Below, piece by piece: positions 42,970 to 57,795 of a DNA stretch of 64,000 nucleotides (positions are counted from its first letter, which is position 1; the number at the start of each line of letters is the position of its first letter). The stretch is from assembly GCF_009914755.1 (NCBI RefSeq), contig NC_060926.1. One strand, written 5' to 3'. The notes beneath the pieces were generated by a model that was not told where the DNA came from, did not search any database, and was given only the letters and a program-made list of their open reading frames with translations. Position numbers and translations under genes: made by a program. This stretch comes from the human T2T-CHM13v2.0 reference genome, Homo sapiens.

Positions 42970-43943
42970 CTAGACTGAAGGGGCAGCAAGGCTGGGCTGC
43001 AAGAGCTGGCACCACCACCACTTCTACCCTTGTGTGCACACAGACACTCTAGATTCAAATTGGGGGCTTGGGTAGGAGGAGCAGAGGGGTGGGCGGGGGC
43101 GAGGGACAGTCCTCCCTGCTCCAGTATATTCCAGCTCAGGTATCTGCAGAGTCTGAAGTTCTAAATTTAGAAGCTGATTTTCTAGGTTGTCATAAAAGGT
43201 ATTATGTCTCCCAAATTACAATTCCTAAGACCCCCCAAATAAATGCCAATATCTTACTTCTTACCTGGCTTCATTTCAGTTTGGTTAACAGTATTTTGTC
43301 AAGGATGAAAGAAAGAACATACAAGTTTGCAGCTTTGCTTATAATTCTTGAATACTTAGCCATATACTATGGAGGAATGAAGTAAGAAATGGAGCCCTCC
43401 ATTCCCACTCCCACCCTGGGCCCCTCTGAAGTCAAGGCTGAGCAGAGAAGGCACTTCTCCCTATGGAGGCCCTGGGAGCCCACTGCTGCAGGGTACAAAG
43501 CCTTCGGGGAGGGAGCCGGCAGCACTAATCCCAGAGCAGCCTCCAATCTTTCTCTGAGAGAAGGAAAGAGGGACTTTCCTGGGAAGTGGGGTGAGTTGCC
43601 CTGGTCATTGCAGTTCCTAAAAGTCAGCTGTTTCCAAACAGGGAAGAGAAGGAGATGAAATCAAAGAGCTTGTGCTGGGGAGGCAGAGGGGGCCTAAATG
43701 GTCTTTAAAAGGGCCTAGAGGGGTGACTTTCTTTTGCTGATTGTCTACGAGGCTTGGAAGGACTTTGAGAGAAGGTGGAAGGGGTGGAGTAAGAGGGCAG
43801 AGGCAATCCTGGTTTTCCCTTACCTTAGGGCTGCTCGGCTGAAGGAGTGGGGTTGGGCTCTAGGTCAGGTGGCAGCAGAGGTTGCTGGGTCCAGAGGAGT
43901 TCCCAGGACAAGACTCTTAGGACTGCCCATCACTTCCAGCACG

Positions 43944-44208
43944 CAGGGCGTACTTCTCCATGAGGCACAGTGCAGTGCCTAGAAGCCACAATATTTCTAG
44001 GGGCCCTCAAAAATGTTTTTATTTTAGTTGTCTTTCAAAAATCAGAAGAAAAAATGAATAGAATACAAATGAGTATACAATCATGAATCCAGCCGGAATT
44101 ACATTTGTTTTTATGCCAATGTAGTCATAAAGTATAAATTTTAATATTTCTCTCCAGGGGGAGGACTCATGAGGGCGAAGTGCCCACAGAAGTCACGCTG
44201 TGGCCCTG
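43944..44208. mobile_element. hAT-Tip100 MITE (ORSL-like)
   Basis: Termini cagggc ... gccctg, with ggcacagtgc..gtgcctag, aaaatcagaagaaaaaatgaata and atgaatccagcc internal text; family name from memory. Confidence 0.6.
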
Positions 44209-47200
44209 GGCAGCAAGAGGCCTTCTGAGGGCTGCAGCCCCATGGGGAAGACGCAGCTCAGATCTGAGGACTAACTCCACCAAAGCTGTGAGTGTAACAG
44301 CGGCCAATTGAATGTAGGAATCCAGTTAAAGCACTTAGCACCAGTCCAGGAACACAGCAATAAGTACAGGGTATCCTGGTAACTGCTCATGACCATTGGC
44401 CACCAATAAATGGTTCAGTATGCTGGGTAAGAGCACAGGCTTTGAAGCCAGACAAATCTAGGTTTCCATCCCTGTTTTGCATCTCACCAAAGCTGTGACT
44501 TTAGGCAAGAATCTCAGTTTCTCCAGCTGGAAAATGTGGATAATACCCTCAGAGGACAGTACAGAGCCCCACACATAATAGCTGCTCAATGAATGGTAAC
44601 GATGAATACTGACAGTTTCAGGACCAGCCAAAAGGCAGGTACCCACAGGGTAAATGAGAAGCATCTCCCATCCCAGAACATCTCCCCTCCCCAGCCTGTC
44701 CCTCATTGCTTCAAATCTGCTATGTGAACTGATGTTTGTTAAAATGTAGACAAGATTCCCAAGAGCAAAGTAAGACAGTGAGCTTGGGGGAATGGGTGTG
44801 AAGGCAGAAGCTTGCCAGAGCCTCACCACGCCTGTCAGCTCAGCATCCAGGAGGCATAAGTAGCACTGGGGCAGGGGCTCTGGAATAATCTGAATGACAG
44901 ATTCTTGATCCAGGACTAGAAAAAAAAAAGAGAGAGATTGAAGGAAAGAGATGGGCTACCAGCCAGGGAGAGGCAACTTGCAAACGTTTCCACTCTCACA
45001 GGTGATCTTACTACTCAGCCAGATGGGTTGGTTCATCTTCCCATTTGCATTAATATGCCCTCCAGAGGTCATTTCATCCTTCCCTCTGCCTCCAGACAGG
45101 ATGACTAAGAAACCCAAGGGATACCGGTGGACCTACTTGCTTTTAGGGTCTCTAGGGAAGGGGAGCTTCACAGCCCCTTCCTCCTCTTTCCCTGCACATT
45201 TTAGGCAGTTTCCAATTATGTCCCAGAAATGGCATGGAAGCCACAAAACTTTCTAGTGATATAAAAATCCTACATCAGCCTCTGTCTCCCCTTCTTCTCC
45301 TGCCCTTTCTGCTCATCTTAGTTGCACCTCAGAGCTCCCACCTACAGAAGACCCACTTAGGAGGAACCAATTCACAGAGGGCATTTTGCAAATTTTTTTT
45401 GTAATTGCTGGATTTTTAAAAATCTTTTTATGCTAGGATAGAAAAAAAAATCAGCTGAATCCAGACCAATAACCTGTCTTTCTAAAAACATTACATTATT
45501 GGACTAAAATCAACCAAATATTTTAATTTCCCAAACCAAACAACATGTGCAGATCTAGGCTCTAAGTTTTGTACCCTTCTCCCAACCAACTCATCCCTGA
45601 CGCAGAACAAGAGTAAAACCAAACAAACAGGAGAGGAAGAGCGGGCAGAGCAAAGCTCATTCCTTCCAGGACAGCTGCCTGATTTCCATCAGGCCAAGTC
45701 TGAGACTTTTGTGGCCCAGCCACATGGTTGATTATGATTTGGAGGCTGACAGCACCGCACAGGCATCTACAGAAGCTAGAACCTTCTGATGGCTGCCCAC
45801 ACACAGAGAAAAGCAGGGTTTGTTTCAAACAAAAATCATATCATGAGATTAAGGCATCAATCAGCAAACATCAGGGCTATGCGCAAAGAACCTTAGAGAT
45901 AATTTCTTCAAAAGATTTGGCTTTGAAAATTAGCAAATAGGTCCTGGAGAGATAAAGCAACTTGACCAGCAGGGCTTTGAGGCAGGACCTACCTTGTCAG
46001 GACTAGGATCCAAGGGGTCCCAATCCCAGCCCAAAGCTGTCTTCATGACCCCATTTGCCTCCCTGACCCCAACTGAAACCCCAGCAGCCAAGGGGAAAGT
46101 TCTAGGTCTCGCCGCACTTGCATTTGCAGTATCAAAACTAAGCTGAACCCAAATCGTCTCCTCCCCCACCTACCTTTCACTCAACAATAGCTAAGTGAAC
46201 TCAGCTGAAAGTTTCCAGAGAATTTCACTTTGGGGCCAAGCCCAGAGATGGAAACTTTTAGCCTGAGAAGGGAATTTAGCAGGACGCACAGCAAGTGAAA
46301 ACAGAAGGGTGGAATTAGGCAAGAGAAGGGCATCACAGCTTCCGCACAGCTGTCTCGTGGAGGCCCAGCACCATGCCTGGTCTAATCTGCAATTTCCCCC
46401 CAAAGGCTGCTGCAGCTCTGGGCATATGCACAGCCCTGGCAGGAGGGCACTGGTCTTCTATACCTAGGGCCTTGGTAATGTAGTCTCTGCCCTTTTCGCT
46501 CTGTGACTAGACACTCATCACTTCTCTCAGAGATATCACTGATGGCTCTGAGCTGGGCTTTCCCAGGGGTTTGACTATGCCTGGCCTGCTATGGGGGCCA
46601 CTGGGGGCTGCAGGAAGAGGTACCAAGGCACCTACGGGGTCCCTTGCTAGCCCCAGAGGAGGCCCTCGAATGACTCAGTCTTTCAAGCAAGTGGGACAGA
46701 TAGAGACTGGAGAGAAATCTCTTCTTACTGGGACCACCAAACCTCCCATTCGCGTCTCCAAATGGACCTAGGCATTTCACCACAGAAAGAATGCTGCTCC
46801 AAAGAAGGCTGAGAGTCCAACAGCACCTGCTAGGTGGCTGTCTGAGTGAAATGAAATAATGGCTCAGAGCCTGGTGCTCAAAATGGACCATTGACCACTA
46901 GAACAAAAGCCCATTGAAGCAGGGCACCAGCTGGCTCTGTATCCCAGAGCCTGGCACTCTACCTGGCACACAGTGGTGCCTAATTAATCCTAGATGAATG
47001 CACATGCATGCATTGACAGCAAGTGAAGTGCTGGGGGACCCAGCCACACACCCACGACCAGTAGCCAGTCCCCGGCTCCAGGACAGTATAGGAGATATCT
47101 CTGTAACATGGAGGCTGCTCCCTGTCAAGGCTGTGACCCCGTGAACTTGAGGATCCCCCAGGGAGGATGCCCAGGAAAGAGCTTCCCTCAAGGGTTGAAA

Positions 47201-47369
47201 GCAATAAGGTGGGCCAATTAGGAGTTCACCGGCAAGCCCAATCCCTGGAAGACTGATTCACCCTCATACCCCCCACAGGGCATGAATACTGTACTATGAG
47301 TACCCCTCTCAGAGTCTCAAGAGGCAAAATGGATTTTTTTATTATTGATATATTTTTATTTACTTCTGT

Positions 47370-47868
47370 CCTTTATATTCTGGTAAATATATATAACATT
47401 ACATTTCCCATGTTAGCCATTTTTAAGTGTACAGTTCAGTGGCATTAAGGACATTTACATTGTTGTACAACCATCACCATCCTCCTTTTCCAGAAATGTT
47501 CTAATTATCTCAAAATGAAACTTTCTACCCATTAGATAACAGCCTCCCATCCTCCCCCTCCTCCTAGGCCCAATAGTCACTGTTCTATTTTCTGTCTCTG
47601 AATTTGACAACTCTGGATACCTCCTACATGTGGAATCATATAATATTTGTCCTTTTGTGTTCAGCTTACTTCATTTAGCATAATGTCTTCAAGGTCCATC
47701 CATGTTGGAGCAGAGATCAGAATTTCCTTCCTTTTTGAGGCTGGATAATATTCTATTTGCATGGAAATGCCACGTTTTGTTGAGTCATTCATCCATTGAT
47801 GGACAGTTGGGCTGCTTCCACCTTTTGGCTCTGGTGAATTATGCTGCTACGAACACGGGTGAGCAAAC
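47370..47868 (-). mobile_element. L1MB-type 3' fragment
   Basis: catttttaagtgtacagttcagtggcattaag..ttcatttagcataatgtcttcaaggtccatccatgttg..tgaattatgctgctacgaaca. Confidence 0.9.
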
Positions 47869-48099
47869 AGAAAGGCGATTTTTGGAAGGGAGGGAAAGGA
47901 GCTCTGGGTTAGGGGCCAAGCCAAGGAAAAGAGCACTGAGATCCCTCAACTTGGGGGAAGGTGATGAGAAGAAGCCACACTGACCCCATCCTGTCTCCAC
48001 CTGCCTTTGCACCTTACTGGGAATGGGCTGTAACTAAGGCTAAAACTAAAATGAGTACATATCAGGGAGAAGCACATGCATAGGAACAAAAGAAAACAT

Positions 48100-48320
48100 A
48101 AGATGAGACTTATTCCATGCCAGACAATGTCCTAACCACCTTACACCCATTAATTCTCTTAACCCTCCCAATGGCCTTCTGCACAAATACTGTCAATGGC
48201 CGTATTTTACAGGAGAGGAAAACAGGGCACAAAGAGATGAAGTCGACTGCTCAAGTCACCAGCCAGCAAGAGGCAGAGCCAGGATTCGAACTTAGAACTT
48301 CAAGTCTATGTTTAACTCCA
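48100..48320 (-). mobile_element. MIR SINE
   Basis: attttacaggagaggaaaacagggcac..gcagagccaggattcgaac. Confidence 0.8.
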
Positions 48321-50492
48321 GCCCCGGAGGGTGGAGGAGGGGAAATGTTCTCATGCCATGATCCATCACAGTGTCTTCCACCAGCAGAGAGAAAGAGGAA
48401 TTGAAAGTAAAGATTCAGGAAGAATTGGTCTTCCTGAGAGATGTCAGGCCCACTCTGGCTGAAGTCTTGTGGGGTTTAAGAAGCTGTGGGCCCCAAAAGG
48501 GGCTGGAGGGGGTGACTGGTCCTGAGAGGAGAAAGGGTGTAATTCTGAAGCCAAGAGGGCTCCCGGATGGGAAGCCCTCTTGGCAGCCTAGGTCTCTGCG
48601 GGTCCACTTGCTTTGGGAACCACAAAGCCAAAATGTAAAGGAATCTATTTTCTAAGGAAAACACATACTTATACATTCTGAGTAATTTCCCGTGGAACAA
48701 GGAAAAAATAAACACAACACCCCAAATGGTTTTTTGCTTACAAATGGGTTCAAGTAAAGAGAAGTGGGAGAATAAAATATAGGGTCAGGGGAAAACTCTC
48801 TACTGATTCCAAACCTCAGAAACAGCCTGGAGGCTTGAGAGAGTGGGAGAGACGGGGAGGGCTGGGGAGTGAGGTGCCCAGAGTCAGGGGCTTCCTGTCT
48901 CCTCTTCTAAGAGCTGCTTGCCCACCCTCAGAGGACCAGAGGAGGAGAAACTCTGGAAGCACAGCCATAAGACCAGACTGGGTTTGACAGCCAAGGGATT
49001 GTATAAGTCAGCCACCAGAGGTGGTGCAGGTAGGTAAAGATGAAAGCAATGGTCCCATTGTCATCAGCTGGGTAGTCAGGGAAGAGTAGGTGGATTAGGG
49101 GCCGGGGCCCAAAAACAGGAAAATTAAGTGGAAAGCTGCAGATCACAGGCATCATTCAAAGGAACTCATCAAAGAAAAAATGGTAAAGGACAGTGTAATT
49201 GTGAACAAATAACGTCACTTTCCTGGACCCCGCTGAGTCTCCCATATAAACAATGGGGGTACACTATTTGATTTCTACCACTGATAATTCCAAATTAGAT
49301 GAGGAGATAACTGGGGGGACAGAGTTACAGAATGGGGGATGGGACTAGAGGATGAGTACTGGGGCCTGAGGATGGGTACTCGAGAGCCAAGAGAATTTGG
49401 AACAGCTAAGAGTCAATTTGCACTGCAAATCAGACCCAGGGAGAACATCCTGACTGGCAAGGGTCCCAGGTTATTGAAAGTTTGGCAGCACCAACATTCA
49501 GAGCAGCTGGCCTGGATTTGCTCTAGCAAAAGATTCACACCATGTGGGGACTGCCAGGTCTCCAGGGCCCCAAGGGCCCCACTCTGCCTGAGGCAGCCTG
49601 AAGAGGTTGAGATTCCCTGGCCAGCAGTGACCTACCTGTTCCAACTACACTGCACTTCACTGGTGAAAAGTCCTCTGGCCTACTAGGACCTCATTTGGCC
49701 CTCACAGCAGCCTGGTGAAGAAGGATGAATCCTCATTCCCATTTTACAGATAAGGAAACTGAAGTCTAGAGAAGACCGGTCTTGGTAAGCCACATGCCTA
49801 GCAGAGCCAGGAATGAGCTCATGTCCTGCCTTGTTCGAGAAGAAGGCACCACGCGGAGCATGGAGGGGTGTCATTGTTCCCCAGTGTGTGCCTGGTTGGG
49901 GGGACAGAATGTCAAAGGCAGGAACCCCATCTTGTCCTCTGCACAGTCCCTAATTCTCTTCCCCCAGACCCACTGGAAGGTGCTGGAGGCAAGGAGGCCC
50001 AGTGGGAAGAACACTAGACCCAGGAGACCTGTGTCCAAAGCTGCCTGCCCTTGGGCAAGTCGGTTTCCACATTTGTAAAAGTAGTGGTTGCACTAGATTA
50101 GTAGTTTCCAATATTTCAGCATCAGATCCTTGCTTTTTCCCAGTGAATCTTACTAGACCCCTTGCTAAAAAGAGAAAAAGGAGGGCCACTCCAGATGAAT
50201 CAGAGTAGAAACTTGGCAGGGCTAGATTCTCATCAAATTTCCATCCACCCCCTGAGGCCCCTCCACAGGACCAAAGTCAACACGGAGCCCAACTTGCAAA
50301 CCATCCAATTTCCCAGTCCCCTTCAGGGCCTTCATCCTTCTCTACAGAGCCACTTAAGGACAAAACTTCTCAAATCCCGATGTGGGCCTGCACTCTCTTC
50401 TACATGCTCAGCCACCACTGAAATGCTGTCAACTTCCAAATTATAATTCCAAGTCACAACAAATGCCTACCCAACACCTACCCTTGGTTGTC

Positions 50493-51016
50493 TGTATTAG
50501 TTATCTACTGCTGTATAACAACTTATAACCAAATTTAGCAGCAAACACTTATCATCTCACACAATTTCTTAGGATCGGTAATCTAGGAGCAGCTTAGCCA
50601 GCGGTTCTGGCCCAAGTTCTCTCACAGGGCGCAGTCAAGATGTTAGCTAGGGCTGTATCATCTGAAGGCTTGACTGGGGCTTGAGGATCTGCTTCCAAGA
50701 GGGCTCACCCCACTCTCATACTGGCAAGTTGGTGCTGGCTGGTGGCAGGAGGCCTCAGGTCCTTGCCACATGGCCCTCTCACAATGTGGCAACTGATTTC
50801 CCCTATAGTGAGTGTTCCAAGGGAGAGTAACCAACATGGAAGCCACAGTGCTTTTTATGACCTGCCTTGAAAACCAGACGTGATCACTATTACCATAATT
50901 CATTTATTAGAAGCAAGTTACTGAATCCAGCCCACAATGAAGGGGAGAGGAATCAAGCTCCACCTCTTAAATGGAGGAGTATCAAAGAATTTGTGGACTA
51001 TTTTAAAACCACTACA
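50493..51016 (-). mobile_element. MLT1E/F-type LTR inserted in an L2
   Basis: tgtattagttatctactgctgtataacaa ... attttaaaaccactaca; TSD-like ttgtc/ctgtc. Confidence 0.85.
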
Positions 51017-51224
51017 CTGTCCAAGGGCAGACTTATGAACTCCTCCCCCAAACCCAGTCTCATTCAGCTGGTGCCTATTACAGTAAACAATACCCACTTA
51101 AGGTAGCCAGGAGCCTAGGCCATCTCTTTTCTCATGCTTACACCCCTCAAGTCTAATCAACCACCAAGTCCTCTCATTCTCATCTCCTAACATCCTAGCC
51201 ACTAGGTAGCAAAGATGATGGTTA

Positions 51225-51479
<255 letters not shown>

Positions 51480-51569
51480 CTACCATATTGTGAGGATTAA
51501 ATACACCATGTAAAACCCACAGGACAGTGCCTGGCACATAGTAAATACTAAATAAATACTTGCTATCGT

Positions 51570-52255
51570 ATTTCTCAAATTTGCACCTCTGTCCATCTGC
51601 ACAGGTCTCAGCAATTGTCATCCTTCACCTAGATGACTTACACAGCCTCCTATTTGGTCTCCTTAAATCCACTCTGTTCTCAAATATGTTGTCCATAGAG
51701 CAGCCAAAGGGAGCTTTGCAAAGTGCATATTTAATTATGTTAAACATCCACCCTCCACTACCATCGTTTAAAAGCCCTCAAAGGTTTCCCATTGCTCCTT
51801 AGGATGAAGATAAAGCCTTCCTCTCACTCCGCACAACCTGGGCCCTTGGCCCAAGTATCCAGCCACCTCCTGATAAGTCTCCCTGCTCTTCAGATTTTTG
51901 TCAAACACACCATGCTTCTATCTGCCACAGGGCCTTAGCCCATGCTGCTCCCCTAGAGGAAAACTCAACTCATGTCTTCCCTCACACCACCTTACCTCAC
52001 CTAGAAAGAGTCTAATCGCCTTTCCTATCTCAACACAGGTGTTATTGTGCAAAGAAATCCTCCCTGACTTCAAAATCTCCTTAGAACGCACATCCCAGTC
52101 TGTGATTATTTGAGTAACCCTCTCTCTCCCACTGGACACAAAGCTCCACATGAGCAGAGACCACACCTGCCATTGCTCACCATTCTTTGCTCAGCTCCTA
52201 GCCCATGCGTGGCACAAGGTCAGTTTCCAGGAAGTGTTTGTGGAATGAATAATTA
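51570..52255 (+). mobile_element. L2 LINE 3' region
   Basis: catagagcagccaaagggagcttt..aagctccacatgagcagagacc..gtgtttgtggaatgaat. Confidence 0.75.
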
Positions 52256-55200
52256 AGTGCTCCTGCTCTCTCAGATATTGCAGGGAGAGTTCCAAGAGTC
52301 AGGGACTGGCCAACAGAAAAGGACCCACCCTCCAGGCTGGCCTCCTCCCACCTCACCCACCCTGGAGATGCTGAATCATCAAGTCACTCTTAGCTGGACC
52401 ATGTCTCGCATAAACAAATATCAGACCCCTCTGGAAGTGCCATGAAGTGGGGCTTCCTGCCTCACTCTGGGACTGCCAGAGCTCTCCACACCACTGAGAA
52501 AATGATGGATGACTTTATCCATGGCTTCCTCAGATGCCGGGGAAAGGCTCAGATTTGCCCGGCTTCTGGAGGCTGCATTTCCTGAGTACAAACCCCTGGC
52601 CTTCTCCCCAGCTGCCCTCCCTGAAATCGGGGTCAGAAAACACATTCCCTTTCCATTAATTTATTTATTCACTGACTTCAGCCACCTTTCAGGGACTCTT
52701 TTTCTCCAAACTTCTGCGTGGGCCCCTGGGAGGCAGTGGGGGGTGGCAGAGAGCACATCCCACCTAAGTCTTGACCAGCTGTGCCACCAACATGCTTGTG
52801 GCCTTAGGAAATTTACTTTCTTTTCCTAGTATAACACGACATCTGCCTGCTTCCTCCTGCAAGTGTTCAATACTCCATGTCTGCAATTATCTCCAAGTCA
52901 CCTCTTTCTTTCATCTCTTTCCCCAGCCACTCTCTGATGCAGGTGGCACTCTCTGTCACACAGAAAGGACTATTCATCCCTGGAAAGATTGTGCACTGGT
53001 TCTGCGCTGAGCACAGAAATCCAAGTCTGTCCCACAGAGAAAAGAGAGCCTGCTTCTCACATCACACAAAGGCCTCCGTTTTGCCTGTGACCTCCACGGT
53101 CACCCTCCTTGGCCTTTCTTGTCCACTCAGCTAACTTCTTTATTTTGTGTCTGTCCACGCCATGCCTGCTGCTGATGTGCCCAATGTGAGGACCCTGTCT
53201 GCTTCCCAATGTCTGAGGCTCTCCTGTTCCTACCATAGAGTCACAGGTCCCCCAGACCTCCACCTGCAGCTCACCAGGTCACAAATCCCAGTGTGAATCC
53301 TTACAGGAAGCCAAAGAAAGGAGTTTCATCCCCCACCTTGGGACACAGCTCCCTTTGGCCTTGCAGCCCTGAGGCCCCGAGGCCTACGTGCATGGTCACT
53401 GGCCTCCTCCTGCCTTGGGCCCATCCTGAGGCCCTGTCTTGGTAATCTGCTTTGAGACCCAACTCCAAATGCCCAGCCCCCTTGTCTTGCTCTTGTTCCT
53501 GATTTGCTCTGAGGCCCTGCTGCTGGGGTACAGACATCCCCGGGCCACCTAAACTCCTGAAGATCACCTTCTCCAGAGCCTCAGAAGGCAGGCTAAGCCC
53601 ACCCGGTGTGACACCTGACTCCATACCCTGTTCCTCTATCCACTCACCTTGGCCAAGACCTCCTATCCCTTGTCTTCTGGCCTGGATCACCCCCAGCACA
53701 GTCTACCTTGCCTGCCTCTCCCCTAGTTAAAAGTCTCCCTCAGTTTGCTCCCTGCAGTGGGATGACCCTAAATATTCCCCAAACTACTCCTTGTCAAGCA
53801 TTTCTAGGGCCCCAGAGTAGATCTGAAAGAGACTTTTAGCTCTTGCCCTAAGATATAATGTTCCTTTTCTTATATCCCTGTGTTCAAACTATTTATCATT
53901 CAACAAACTTTTTTTTAAGAATCTAATCTGTGCTGGCTTCTATTTTATGCACTGGGGTTGAAGCAATGAACAAAACAGAGAGGAATCTCTGCCCTCATGG
54001 GTTTGCACTTCAGTGAAAGCCCACAAGACATGGAGTCAAACTCCAAAAAGAGAATTTCCTCTGCCTGTCCTGAGGCCTCTCCACTTACCAAGTGGAGTCA
54101 ACCTTTCTGGTACTGCCATCTTGAATCTCAAAGCATCGAGCTCCATTATTGTCTCCCTCCAAGCTCCACTCCTGTTCCAGCTGTTGCTCCCCATGGTTTC
54201 CCCTTCGGGGGAGGAACAATTGTGCCCCCTTTGGCTCCTCCAATATCTCCACTGCTTTTCCTTCCCCCTTCCTGCTGCCTCCTCCTCTTCCTGGGTCAGA
54301 TTCACTAGTCAGCGCTTTTACCCCTGAGGAACATCCTCTGTCCCCTCTCCAGTAACCCACCCCCCTCCCTTTTGTTCTGTCTCATCAGCAAGGCGAGTCT
54401 GCACTGCCCTCCATGCAGATTTTCTCCTCCCCAGAGGCTGCCACTGGAGTCCACAATGACAGGGGAGCTGAACATTTCCCAGTCAGTCGCCAGCCCTCAG
54501 CAGAGCTTGGCCTGAGGCCCATGCAGGCATCTCAGGAGAGGAAAATCAACTTTCCTGGACCCAGCCCTGGCTTTCCAGTGAGATCCCACAGCCTCCGCAG
54601 GCTGCTGGCATCCACTCCGGAAAGGACATATGGGTGGTAAACAGGACTGTGTGTGCCCTGCAGCCTCCACAGGGCAAAGGCCTGGCCCTTGCCATAGGAG
54701 CAGATCTGACATATGTGCGGTGGTTCTGGTGCATAACCACCCAGAACATGGGGCAGAGCCAGCCTGGGCCTTCAGGACCCCTGAGTCACAGAGCAGCCAA
54801 AGAACTCCCAAGGGCTCTGAAGGTGGGACAGGGACAGGGACCTGCAATGCCATGGTACCATTGCCTCTTACCTCCCATACAAGGAACTATTCTGTATGGC
54901 CTGGCCCCTCAGGTTCCTATGGCCCTGGCATAGACAATAAGAAATAGCCTACCTCCCTTCTTTTGCCCCCAAAAAGCACTCAAAATGAGAGTCATCCATT
55001 CTCCTAGACCAAGCAACTAGGCAGATACCAGCTCACAGGTGAGTGGAGGCTCGTACCAGCCTGCCCTACCTGCCAGCTTCACCAGAGTCTGGGCATTCTT
55101 AGGCCCCTTCATTATGCTGGGGGCCCTCCAGACCTAATTTTGGGCTATCACTAGCACCCAGCCACCCTCTCCATTGGGCTGAGACCCCACGTGAGTGAAG

Positions 55201-55483
55201 AGGACAGGCTGCGATGAGAAGGGAGTCGCTCTCCCAGTCAGGCACAGAGAGCACCCTGCAAGTCAGCACATTTGGTCAAGACAAAGAAGGGCTGCTACAG
55301 AAATCTAAGTGGATATCTGACACTGGGGCAGTGGAACTCCACCCCTTTGGAAGATGGACTATAGGAGAATTATATCCTCCCTCACCAGGTTTCTTTTTCC
55401 CTGGTTAGAAGAGTTTTGAAGTCAACAACAGGGGCTAGTTCTGAAGCAAACCAGCTCTAAGCTATAGTGACCCAGAAACAGAA

Positions 55484-55630
55484 GCTAAGAAGGCAGTAGC
55501 TCACACCTGTAATCCCAGCAATTTGGGAGGTCAAGGCAGGAGGATCATTAGAGGTCAGGAGTTTGAGGCTGCAGTGAGCTATGATCATGCCATTGTACTC
55601 CAGGCTAAGCGACAGAACAAGACTCTGTCA
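55484..55630 (+). mobile_element. Alu monomer (FAM/FRAM-like or deleted AluJ)
   Basis: gctcacacctgtaatcccagc..ggagtttgaggctgcagtgagctatgatcatgccattgtactccagg..agactctgtc, a single monomer. Confidence 0.85.
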
Positions 55631-55870
55631 AGAAGAGAGAAGAAAGAAGAAGAGAAGGAGGAGAAGGAGGAGGAGGAGGAAGAAGAGGGGGGGAGGAGGA
55701 GAAAGAAAAAGAAGAGGAAGAGGAGAAGGAGGAAGAGGAGGAGGAGGAAGAAGAAGAAGGAGGAGAAGAAGAAGAAGAAGAAGAAGAAGAAGAAGAAGAA
55801 GAAGAAGAAGAAGAAGAAGAAGAAAAGTAGTAGTAGTAGTAGAAGAAGAAAAAGCAGCAGCAGCAAAGAA
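55631..55870 (+). repeat. Compound purine-rich STR: (GAG/GAA)n, pure (GAA)20, (TAG)5, (AGC)4
   Basis: Pure GAA run counted at 55765-55824. Confidence 0.95.
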
Positions 55871-55882
55871 GAGAACAGCAAC

Positions 55883-56187
<305 letters not shown>

Positions 56188-56907
56188 GAGAACAGCATCT
56201 TTAGAAGACCCGCTATTCTGGGAGAAGAAAAGGGGCAAAAAAATGGTGATAACCTCATTACCCTTGGGAACCTAATAAGACTCTAACCAGGTCATAGCTG
56301 CCAGGAGAGGGGGTTAATGGTATTCAGAAGTTACAACTGAGGTGATGGCAGCTAGAGTATTACCAGGACCTTCCAAAGAAGGCTGAAGAGGAATTTAAGA
56401 GGGGGTGGGGAGCAGGCATCATCTTTCCTACAGATCAACACCAAAAAGATTACGATACAGACCTAGGAGGGAGAGAGTCCAGCTTCCAGATTCCAGACTG
56501 GGGGCCAGGAGGGTACATAATTCTGAGAGCCCTATCAGTCCTTCCCTGAAGCCGAGAGGATTCACCTACAGAAACACAAGGAAGGGAGGGTCTAGCCACC
56601 CCTTCCCCCAACATCCACTCTCACGGGCTTCTGGCAACCCATCTTTGTGGGCGCAAGCCCCAGCATCCACAGCAGGGTCATTTTTACAAGGTGCGCACAC
56701 CCCATGCCTCCCAGGGCTTTTGACACTCCCTAGAGGGACACTGCCAAGGCTCCTGGGAGCACCACAGGAGGCCCGTGGGTGCTATCCTGGAGCCAAGTTC
56801 AGCTGCTCCCCCAGCAGGAGCCCAGCCTCCTGACCGTGTGCCCCAGTTGGCTCTAGGGACTTGGGGAGGGAGGCTTCCACTTCCCTTTGTAATAAGGGGC
56901 TTGGATT

Positions 56908-57110
56908 AGCAATATTTCCCAACTATGATTTGAGGAACTCTGACCCCACTAGATGCTCCATGGCAAGAGGTTTCACTGGACAAATAATCCTGGGAAATGC
57001 TGCAACTCTACCAACCCTCTTGGAGCTCTCTGTTCTCCTTAGCATAGTAGAGGCTTTGAGCACCCTACAGTGAAGAGGAGAGGGAAAGCAGCTTAACTTT
57101 GGTGATGTTT
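56908..57110. mobile_element. hAT-Charlie (Charlie4z-like) fragment
   Basis: tatttcccaact..agatgctccatgg..tgggaaatgctgc..cttagcatagtagaggctttgag resembles the remembered consensus. Confidence 0.5.
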
Positions 57111-57364
57111 TGTATTGGCCTCCACACATGAATTCTGTTCTAAGTGGTTTATCTCAAATCCTCTGGGTAAGGCACTATTGTAACCCCATTTTATAGAGCC
57201 ATCCTCTGGGTGGCTCTGTGCTGCTCCTCTTGGCCCAGAGTTTCTCAAATGTCCCGTTCAAGCCTGGGACATTTGTCATGAGCACGGCTTTAGAAATTCT
57301 GGACAGGAGGACCTCTAAGACTAATTAGATGCTTTCCTCACACTGAGACAAGTCCCATGAAATT

Positions 57365-57795
57365 AGAGAGGGAGGGGAGGGGAAGAGAGAGAGAGAGACC
57401 GAGAGAGAAACAGAGCAAGAGAGACACACATCAAGAGAGACACACAGACATAGAGAGAGAGACACAGAGAGTGATGCAGAGAGACACTGAGAGACACATA
57501 CAGAGACATGCTGAGAGGGAGACTGAGAGGAACAGAGACTGAGACATGAGAGAGACACTGAGAGACAGAGACATGAGAGAGACACTGAGAGACAGAAACA
57601 CTGAGAGACAGAAACACTGAGACACAGAAACACTGAGAGACAGAGACAACATGAGAGAGACACTGAGACCCAGGGACACTGAGACACAGAGACACGGAGA
57701 GACAGAGACACTGAGAGCCAGGGACACTGAGATACAGAGACACTGAGAGACAGAGACTCTGAGACACAGAGACACTGAGACATACACACAGAGAG
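57365..57795 (+). repeat. Degenerate GA-rich tandem repeat (gagacactgagagaca-type units)
   Basis: Read directly; it produces the SLSV-rich antisense ORFs. Confidence 0.9.

Noticed and set aside
45729-45833. TGATT, TGACAG and the inverted TTTGTTT-c-AAACAAA as a PBX/MEIS/FOX module
   Set aside because: The TGAT sites do not fit TGATNNAT, and such short motifs are expected by chance without conservation data.
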